Below are positions 54,689 to 64,000 of a DNA stretch of 64,000 nt, in pieces (the stretch's first letter is position 1; every line of letters begins with the position of its first letter). The DNA lies in NCBI RefSeq assembly GCF_006345805.1, contig NC_042998.1, forward strand, positions 14,260,001 to 14,324,000, read 5' to 3'. Below the pieces are notes generated by a model that was given only the letters and a program-made list of their open reading frames with translations, ran no database searches and had not been told where the DNA came from. This stretch comes from Octopus sinensis. Lineage: Eukaryota. Both the position numbers and the translations under genes were made by a program.

Positions 54689-55089
54689 TCTTTTACTCTT
54701 TTACTTGTTTCAGTCATGTGACTGTGGCCATGCTGGAGCACCACCATTTAGTCGAGCAAAACGCCCCCGGGACTTATTCTTTGTAAGCCTAGTACTTATT
54801 TTATCGGTCTCTTTTTGCCGAACCACTAGGTTACGGGGAGGTAAACACTCCAGCATCGGTTGTCAAGCGATGTTGGGGGTTCAAACACAGACACACAAAC
54901 ACGCACATACACATATATATATATACGACGGGCTTCTTTCAGTTTCCGTCTACCAAATCCACTCACAAAGCTTTTGGTCGGCCCGAGGCTATAGTAGAAG
55001 ACACTTACCCAAGGTACCACGCAGTAGGACTGAACCCGTAACCATGTGGTTCGTAAGCAAGCTACTTACCACGCAGCCACTCCTGCGCC
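54687..55089 (-). mobile_element. SINE B, full length
   Basis: Colinear with other B copies. Confidence 0.92.
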
Positions 55090-55159
<70 letters not shown>

Positions 55160-55161
55160 AT

Positions 55162-55195
<34 letters not shown>

Positions 55196-55234
55196 AAAGT
55201 CAAATGCGATACAATAAAATTAATTATTATCGCC

Positions 55235-55275
<41 letters not shown>

Positions 55276-55970
55276 GTTGTAAGGGACTATTATAATAGCT
55301 TTAAGATGAATATTTCTGTTGTCACATTTTTTTTCTTGCATACAAATACTTATATTCTATATAATCACAAACACACACACACACACATTCACAAATACAC
55401 ATTCACATAAGAGGCACACACATACACATACATAAATAGATAGAAAGATAGATAAATAGAAAGAGAGAGAAAGCTTTAAAAGAAGTGTAGTCATGGACAT
55501 CATATCTTATTTCAGAGTTATATAAAATTTATTTATCTAATATGTGTCTGTTCTTATACAACAATATAGAGACGTGAGATATGAAGAATATCTCACTGCA
55601 AGTTCTAGCACGTCGAGCGACCATTTCATGTCTTCTCTCATTGCTTTCTTATTCAATAAAGATTTTTTTTCGTTATATGTTGTTCTGTTGTTAGTGATTA
55701 CTGCTGCTGATGATGATCGTTATGATGGTGGTGGCGACAGTTGTTGTGGTGGTGGTGGTTCTAGGAGGTTATTGTTCAGTCCCGAGTCAGCTTTAATTTA
55801 AGAACAAATTTATGATCAAAAGCATTGCAGCCTTTATTATATGTGTAGACACATGGTCTCAAGTTCAGTTCCGCTGCGTTGCAACTGGGTCAAGTGTCTT
55901 CTACTATATCCTCGAACAGACGAAAGTCGTGTGAGTGGATTTGGTTGACAGAAACTGAAAAAACCCGCCT

Positions 55971-56019
<49 letters not shown>

Positions 56020-56320
56020 TCTTGAATTCGCCTTAAATGTTCCTTTTACATACTGAACACTTGGTGAAATTGATTAATTAATTTTACCCTCAATTGTTGA
56101 TATTATAATTCATTTCTCTCTGTCATACTGCCTCGGTTCTCGCGGTAAAATATAATGTTTGCTAGATAGACCACGTGGGTGGAAAAGGAGTGCAGAAATT
56201 TACGCCTGCGCATTTTGAATTTGTTGGCACTGTCAGTTGGAGCTGGTTCATTTGAAGCGACAAGTTCGCAGATAGGTAAGGTTCCTTCTTTTTAGTGTTT
56301 CCAAATCCAAATTAAGAAAT

Positions 56321-56383
56321 TTTGAGCTGACGAAAGAAATGCTGATTTTACTTGGCTAATCTTGAAACGTTGACGTACTCAAA
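56321..56383 (+). ncRNA. Type I hammerhead ribozyme, unit 1
   Basis: Helix I tttgag/ctcaaa; core CUGACGA; helix II aaga/tctt plus gctga/ttggc; GAAA; helix III cg-ttga-cg; GUA cleavage triplet (cut after 56377). Confidence 0.85.
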
Positions 56384-56881
56384 CGATCTATGTACTTGTG
56401 ATATTTTTCTGTATTTACCTCCAAACCTTCGTGAGCTGTCTGGAGTAAACATTATCTGAGAGAAATTTTCTTTAAGTAGTAGAAACGGGTAAAAAAATTT
56501 TCCTTGGCTGCTATTTCTACTAAGTTCAGTATGTGGCAAAGTAATTTATTTTACTAAGCCCTAATTATATAATGTAATATTTTGAATTCGCCTTAAATGG
56601 TCCTTTTACATATTGAACACTTGGTGAAATTGATTAATTAATTTTACCCTCAATTGTCGATATTATAATTCATTTCGCTCTGTCATACTGCCTCGGTTCT
56701 CGCGGTTAAAATATAATGTTTGCTAGATAGACCACGTGGGTGGAAAAGGAGTGCAGAAATTTACACCTGCGCATTTTGAATTTGTTGGCACTGTCAGTTG
56801 GAGCTGGTTCATTTGAAGCGACAAGTTCGCAGATAGGTAAGGTTCCTTCTTTTTAGTGTTTCCAAATCCAAATTAAGAAAT

Positions 56882-56944
56882 TTTGAGCTGACGAAAGAAA
56901 TGCTGATTTTACTTGGCTAATCTTGAAACGTTGACGTACTAAAA
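56882..56944 (+). ncRNA. Type I hammerhead ribozyme, unit 2 (helix I mismatch)
   Basis: Same core; C>A at 56941 breaks one helix I pair; cut after 56938. Confidence 0.75.
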
Positions 56945-57438
56945 CGATCTATGTATGTGATATTTTTCTGTATTGACCTCCAAACCTTCGTGAGCTGTCT
57001 GGAGTAAACATTATCTGAGAGAAATTTTCTTTAAGTAGTAGAAACGGGTAAAAAAATTTTCTTTGGCTGCTATTTCTACTAAGTTCAGTATGTGGCAAAG
57101 TAATTTATTTTACTAAGCCCTAATTATATAATGTAATATTTTGAATTCGCCTTAAATGGTCCTTTTACATATTGAACACTTGGTGAAATTGATTAATTAA
57201 TTTTACCCTCAATTGTCGATATTATAATTCATTTCGCTCTGTCATACTGCCTCGGTTCTCGCGGTAAAATATAATGTTTGCTAGATAGACCACGTGGGTG
57301 GAAAAGAGTGCAGAAATTTACACCTGCGCATTTTGAATTTGTTGGCACTGTCAGTTGGAGCTGGTTCATTTGAAGCGACAAGTTCGCAGATAGGTAAGGT
57401 TCCTTCTTTTTAGTGTTTCCAAATCCAAATTAAGAAAT

Positions 57439-57500
57439 TTTGAGCTGACGAAAGAATGCTGATTTTACTTGGCTAATCTTGAAACGTTGACGTACTCAAA
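57439..57500 (+). ncRNA. Type I hammerhead ribozyme, unit 3
   Basis: Intact helices and core; cut after 57494. Confidence 0.85.
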
Positions 57501-57681
57501 CGATCTATGTACTTGTGATATTTTTCTGTATTTACCTCCAAACCTTCGTGAGCTGTCTGGAGTAAACATATCTGAGAGAAATTTTCTTTAAGTAGTAGAA
57601 ACGGCTAAAAAAACTTTTTTTGGCTGCTATTTCTACTAAGTTCAGTATGTGGCAAAGTAATTTATTTTACTAAGCCCTAAT

Positions 57682-57740
<59 letters not shown>

Positions 57741-57842
57741 AATAATAATAATAATAATATTAGGAATAAATACAAACTTACAGGGAAAAATTAGATTTAG
57801 GATTAAATCCAATTTTATAGTATAAATATATTATATTATATT

Positions 57843-58047
57843 ATATTGAATTAGAGATAAAACCACTATTAGGCAAATCGAACAGTGAAAAACATAAGCC
57901 AATACATAAAATTAATTTTAAAATACAAAAGTTATTTAAATAATTTTTTAGATTTTAACTTTTATATTTTTAAATTAATTTTATGTATTGGCTTATGTTT
58001 TTCACTGTTTGACTTGCCTAATAGTGGTTTTATCTCTAATTTAATAT
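57843..58047. repeat. Inverted repeat, ~80-bp arms
   Basis: aattagagataaaaccactattaggcaa...aagccaatacataaaattaattt versus its reverse complement at about 57965-58047. Confidence 0.9.
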
Positions 58048-58154
58048 TATATATATATATATATACACATATATATATATATATATATAATATATATATA
58101 ATATATATATATATAATATATATATATATATATACACATATATATATATATATA

Positions 58155-58370
58155 TAGTTAATCCAAACATGAAAACACAAAGAGAAAACACAACAACGCG
58201 AGAACGTGGAACAAGTATAGTATTATTGGACGATCAGGAAAGAAGGAAAGAAGAAGGGTTTAACATTTCGAGTGGAGCTCTTCGTCAGAAACAAAGGAAA
58301 AGGAAAGATCCAGAGAAGGGAAGACGGAGGGAAAAAAATCGCCAACGGTACACACGCGGTCACATTTTGA
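58155..58370 (-). mobile_element. Penelope pLTR-like repeat with minimal hammerhead motif, copy 3
   Basis: Minus strand 58258-58292 gttt CTGACGA a gagc tcc actc GAAA tg TT aaac. Confidence 0.68.
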
Positions 58371-58404
58371 ATGTTGTTTACATATATATATATAGAGAGA
58401 GAGA

Positions 58405-58578
58405 CAACTTATAAATAAGGGCAAAAGAAAAAAGAATTCCTATGCCAAATATGCTGAGAATAGACTTTAAATCGTCAATAACCACATAAATTATATATGT
58501 AGTTATTGACGATTCAAAGTCTATTCACGGAATATTTGGCATAGAATATTTTTTTCTTTGGTTCTTATTTATAAGTTG
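58405..58578. repeat. Inverted repeat, ~83-bp arms, short loop
   Basis: caacttataaataag...gactttaaatcgtcaataaccacata / tatgtagttattgacgattcaaagtc...cttatttataagttg. Confidence 0.9.
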
Positions 58579-59291
58579 AATATAATTTTCATCTTAAAAG
58601 GTATTTTTTAATATGCTGGCCACTGATAAATTTTTTGAAAGATTTATCCTATATTAGATGTATATAATATAGATATATATACGTGCATATATGCATGCAA
58701 ACATATCTATATCTAAATATATATGTGTGTGTGTATATATATATGTATGCATGTATATGTGTATATGTGTATATATGTGTGTATATGTGTGCGTCTTTGT
58801 GTCTGTGTTTGTCCTGCACCACCACTTGACAGCCAGTGATGGTGTGTTTACTTACGTAACCGAAACCTAGGGATTTAGCAAAAAAAGATCGATAGAATAA
58901 GAACTAGTTTTATAAAAAAAAATAGTTCTACTAAGAATTCTTCAAGGTGGTACACCACCATAACCGCAGTCTGAAAACTGGAACAAATAGAAGTTAAAAG
59001 ATAAAATATAAGTGGGAACACAGAACTACCAATATCTAATATGTTCTTTGTATAGTAAACTTGTAGCGATTGATTTTAGGGAGTTTGGGATATTTCTTAC
59101 AGACCTAGCGACCTTTTAGAAACGAAACTTCTGCTTTAGATTATCAGAATGGCTCTCATAATTGGTGATCGCATTTGTTAGTATTGTTGCTGTGGATTAG
59201 CCCACCGTTTGCTCTTTTTCAGTGGGTCTTATGATTCAAAATTTGAAGCTATGACCATCTTATCCGTTCTGTGAAACAAGGAAAAAATTGT

Positions 59292-59673
59292 GGATGGAAG
59301 CACTCCGTCGGTTACGACGATGAGGGTTCCGGTTGATCCGAATCAACGGAAGAGCCTGCTCGTGAAATTAACGTGTAAGTAGATGAGCACTCCACAGACA
59401 CGTGCACCCTTAACGTAGTTCTCGGGGATATTCAGCGTGACACAGAGAGTGACAAGACCGGCCCCTTGAAATACAGGTACAACAGAAACAGGAAGTAAGA
59501 GAAAGTTGTGGTGAAAGAGTACAGCAGGGATCACCACCATCCCCTGCCGGAGCCTCGTGGAGCTTTTAGGTGTTTTCGCTCAATAAACACTCACAACGCC
59601 CGGTCTGGGAATCGAAACCGCGATCCTATGACCGCGAGTCCGCTGCCCTAACCACTGGGCCATTGCGCCTCCT
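59292..59673 (-). mobile_element. SINE family C, full length
   Basis: Head ggaggcgcaatggcccagtggttaggg...ggtttcgattccc; TSD ggaMaaaattgt at 59280-59291 and 59674-59685. Confidence 0.9.
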
Positions 59674-61808
59674 GGACAAAATTGTACAATATGTTTAAAT
59701 ACCTACTTTCAAGACATCAGTGAGTTTTTGAGGAAATTTGGTTGCTACTTCCAGTTGATCAATATATCATTTATGGGCTCTGTCATTGGTCTGTTGTTAT
59801 TGGTGCCGGTTTGAGTATATTTTTGCTGCGCTTATTAATATTATGGTGGTGGTGGTGGTTTTCGTTGTTGGAGGTGATGGTGGTTGCTGATAATGTTAGT
59901 CTTAGTGGCGGTGGTTGTGCTCCCGGTAGTGGTGTTAGTGTTGATAGTGTTGGCGGTGTTAATGGTGGTGATATTAACTGCTGGTTGTGGTGGTTGTGGT
60001 GATGGTTGTGGAATTGGTGTTGCTGAGAATTAGATATTCATTAGCTTGAAAGACAAACAAGCTTGCTGAAATGATTTCCTGTTGTGAATAATTATTAAAT
60101 AGAGATCTGTCGTCTAAACGTGTATACACACTTTAGCGTGGTTCCATACACTTCTGTATACACCCGGCAAACACACATACACGAGCATGCATACATCTAC
60201 ATATATGCACACATACGATTACACACGTAAAAGGACACATTTCCGCTGAGGCACATCTATTCATACTCAGAAATGAATTAAAAATTGTACACACACACAC
60301 ACATACATACATATATATATACTCACACACAGGCACACAGATATGGATGCATTGATTCTGCGACATATATACACAGATAATCAAAAATGAATACGCACAC
60401 ATGCACAGATACATACGCATGCCCACACACGCGGATACAGACACACACATATGCAAACACACACACACACACACACAAACACACACACGCAAACTCAATG
60501 CTTTTAAGGCATATATACACAGACACTGCATAACTAATATTCACACAGCCATTGACACCCATATACACACAAGTACACACGCGCATACACGCTAAATATC
60601 AGGATTAATAATTAAAGCTAATAATTTTATTCTCTTTATTATGAGAACAAATTTTAATTAATTAAGCATATTTTGTTTTGTTTTGTAATCTATTTTATGC
60701 ATGGGATAGGAAGGACATAATTCCTAATTCCTACCCGACGGATACCCGGGTGGCAGACTGGGAAATGCTTCCTAGATACATAACCATGACCAAAATGGAA
60801 ATATGACATTTTGAAGAAAACATTGCTAGCTCTATGGTGAGCATAGTATCCGACGGCCACCCGACGTAGAATTACAGGTGAAAAGTGTCACCCTTGTTGC
60901 TGAATAAAGGGTCTCGTGTCAGATCAATGACTACGATCATCGATTTCTCATTATATGCTACTTGCAAACGTCAATACACCTGGTGACCGTGGACATTATC
61001 AGCCAATGAAAGATTTCAATTCCAGTAAATTCAACCAGACAATGATTAAACAAGTTACACTCAATTTAACTATATATTTTTCACACAGGAAATGTCCCTC
61101 GCTAAATTCTCCATTTCTAGTTATTCGCAAACTTTACAGATTTACCGATGTACCTACACACGAATTATTCATTATATTCTCTCTCACCCTCTCTCCCTTT
61201 TCTCTCTCTTTTTCTTTGTCTCACTCTCTCAATTTCTTTTTCTCTCTCGCTCTCTTTCTCGTTCTCTCTCTCCTTCAGAATCTCGCAAGCACTGGTAACC
61301 CAATACTGCATTGAAGAGTTCTAATAAGATCGAAAAGTGTTCGGAGTTGTCTTCTCTTTAGCTAAAGATTAGACTCATTCCATACTACACTTCCTTAGTC
61401 AATGTGTAATTAATCGGACTTTATAGTTATCATCATAGTCTTTCGTAACGAAGATTAAGCATTTAGTTAAAGATTTCACTCTTTTTCTTCTCACTACGGG
61501 TATAATTTTAATTAATTTAATAGTTTTTAAAACTCACTACATTGAGGAGGTTATCACCCTATGTAACAATATCAAAATAAATGGTTTTCTTCCATTGATG
61601 GCATTTTAATTATTGGGCTGGCACCTAGCTGGATTAGTAGAAAAAATCAGTCGGAGTACTTATTCAACTTTGATTCTGCTTTAACCAGTATTTGTCACAA
61701 TGCGAAAAAGAAAAAGACTTTAACACGAAAGGACGTAATACAACTTACCGTTTTCTCTCCGAAAAACACACACGCACATTATTCCCTTCCACTCACATAC
61801 ACACACGC

Positions 61809-61869
61809 ATACATACGTACATACATACATACATACATACATACATACATACATAGACAGACAGACAGG

Positions 61870-61966
<97 letters not shown>
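61809..61966. repeat. (CATA)n-(TAGA)n microsatellite, representative of dozens in the window
   Basis: Seen directly. Confidence 0.95.
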
Positions 61967-61967
<1 letters not shown>

Positions 61968-63057
61968 CACACAACAGCCTTCTATGTTTCTGTCTACCAT
62001 ATTCCCCTTATAAATCATTGGTTAACTTAAACCTAGTCTACACTGGAAGTCTCTTGCCCGCTAAATTATGTATTAGGAATAGATCCAGAAACACGTTGTT
62101 GTGAATGATGTAATTTTTTGAAATTGCACTCTGATGAAGATACCTTGGATCCATACCCCAATGCGTTTGTGAAATCCCTACAATCTAATTACAGGAGATG
62201 CTACTGCAATAGTACCAAGCGCATGGTGGCTCATTATTATTCATTTCATTCCAGCGAAGTGGAAGTTTTTCTTTAGCTAACTTTGACGTTATGTTTGTTA
62301 AATATTTAATGCTATTTGTAAAATTGGTATCTCTCGAAAATGTCGGCATATCCATATGATACATTTTTTTTTAGCTTAGTTGATTACGACAGTTATACTA
62401 AGCTATGTAGGCGAGCCGTATTCATTTTATATCACTGTTTTTGCGCAATTGCTGTTTTCTATGCAATGTTCTTTTTTTTTAGTCAAAGCTTCTAGTGGTT
62501 TGTTTCAGAAATATGCAGCGTGACTAAGTGAGACTTTTATTTTAAAACGTTTTGAAAAATATGTTTGGTAACGTTGCTGACTCTAATGGTTTTGATTTTA
62601 GGTGGACAACAAAATATATGCTTAATTCGTTATATACTCTTTCTAAGACGCTTAGAATTATGTTAGTTCTGGAGGTGATTCCTTAAAAATCATTTCTATT
62701 AAATCTTAGATGTATTCATCTAAATAGTAAATGTTAATAAATATATAATTGTTCGAGTCTGGTAGACAAGTTTGCCTGGGGGCTGAACAAGAACGACGCT
62801 AGCCAAATCTCTATTAACTATAATTTAAATATGGTGGCGACAAAACAAGAGACTGTGATAATGTGTGTTGTGTGCATGTGTGCGCGCGCGTCCTAGTGTC
62901 ATAGAGGAGAGCTAACGAAAGAGGACAAGAGAACGACAGAGAGGGAAAAGAAAAGAGAGCATGAAGAGGTGGAGAAGGTAAAGGAGAAGAGTGAGTGGTG
63001 AAAGTAGTATGAGAAGACAAATACAGGAAAAATCTAGAAGAAATATAGAGGAAATAG

Positions 63058-63229
63058 AGGCGCAGGAGTGGCTGTGTGGTAAGTAGCTTGTTTACCAACC
63101 ACATGGTTCCGGGTTCAGTCACACTGCGTGGCACCTTGGGCAAGTGTCTTCTACTATAGCCTCGGGCCGACCAAAGCCTTGTGAGTGGATTTGGTAGACG
63201 GAAACTGAAAGAAGCCCGTCGTATATATG

Positions 63230-63270
<41 letters not shown>

Positions 63271-63483
63271 TTGTGTGTCTGTGTTTGTCCCCTTAGCATT
63301 GCTTGACAACCGATGCTGGTGTGTTTATGTCCTCGTCACTTAGCGGTTCGGCAAAAGAGACCGATAGAATAAGTCCCGGGGCTTACAAAAAGAATAAGTC
63401 CCGGGGTCGAGTTGCTCGATTAAAGGTGGTGCTCCAGCATGGCCGCAGTCGAATGACTGAAACAAGTAAAAGAGTAAAAAGAG
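63058..63483 (+). mobile_element. SINE B, full length
   Basis: Close to consensus of the other copies. Confidence 0.93.
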
Positions 63484-64000
63484 TGTAAAGAAAAGGAGGA
63501 TATTTATGATAAATTCACAATCAATCACGTTGTTGAGCATTGAGATGCTCAACAAGAAGTATTCATGAATTTTCTAAGTGGCTGAGTATTCCGCAGGCAA
63601 GTGTACATTAAGTGCAATTCCAGTTTCGATGCAAAATGACAATCTTGTATCTCATTTTTTCATTCTTTTTTTCATTGCAGATATAATATAATCCAGAGAA
63701 GAAAAAGAAGAGGAAAAAAGAGAGGAAGTGAGGAAAAGAATGAGGTCGGGAAGGCGAAAAGAATAAGGATTGGCCGCAGTCATGGCAGATATTGTACTTA
63801 TTGACCTCGACAATATGAAAGACAGTAAAGGTATTTGAACTCAAAGTGCAGAGACTCGGAACAAATAGCACATGACAAACCATGCAACGTTCCACAGATT
63901 CTACGGATTTGCAGCATTGTGTGTTGCCGACAGAGCTTGTGTAGTTTTTATGTATGCTTGAAAGCATATATGTGCTTGTATATATGCATGTGTGTGTGTA

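Larger units (their letters stand above)
56022..57689 (+). repeat. Tandem array of 3 x ~560-bp units, retrozyme-like
   Basis: Units start ttgaattcgccttaaatg at 56022, 56582 and 57141; near identical; (TA)n on both flanks. Confidence 0.97.

Noticed and set aside
7463-62018. Numerous ORFs rich in YI, HT, CV, MYVC, LSIY
   Set aside because: Translations of (TA)n, (CA)n, (TATG)n and (TAGA)n microsatellites, which lack stop codons in several frames

Overview
AT-rich eukaryotic intergenic or intronic DNA, packed with (TA)n, (CA)n, (TATG)n and (TAGA)n microsatellites and retroelement debris. The repeat repertoire suggests a cephalopod such as Octopus; this is inference from SINE style, not a database match. 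I can support no intact host protein-coding gene, and almost all ORF-track entries are microsatellite or SINE artefacts. Recognisable content: three tRNA-headed SINE families (called A, B and C here), 5'-truncated LINEs (CR1-like, RTE-like, a C2H2-tailed RTE-like, Tx1-like, and an R4/Dong-like RLE element), an internally deleted mariner, a non-autonomous Helitron, and a U6 snRNA copy fused to a LINE 3' tail. The most striking signal is a 3 x ~560-bp tandem repeat at 56022-57689 in which every unit carries a type I hammerhead ribozyme fold, a retrozyme-like array predicted to yield ~560-nt self-cleaved and possibly circular RNAs. Several minimal Penelope-type hammerhead motifs and long palindromes occur elsewhere in the window.
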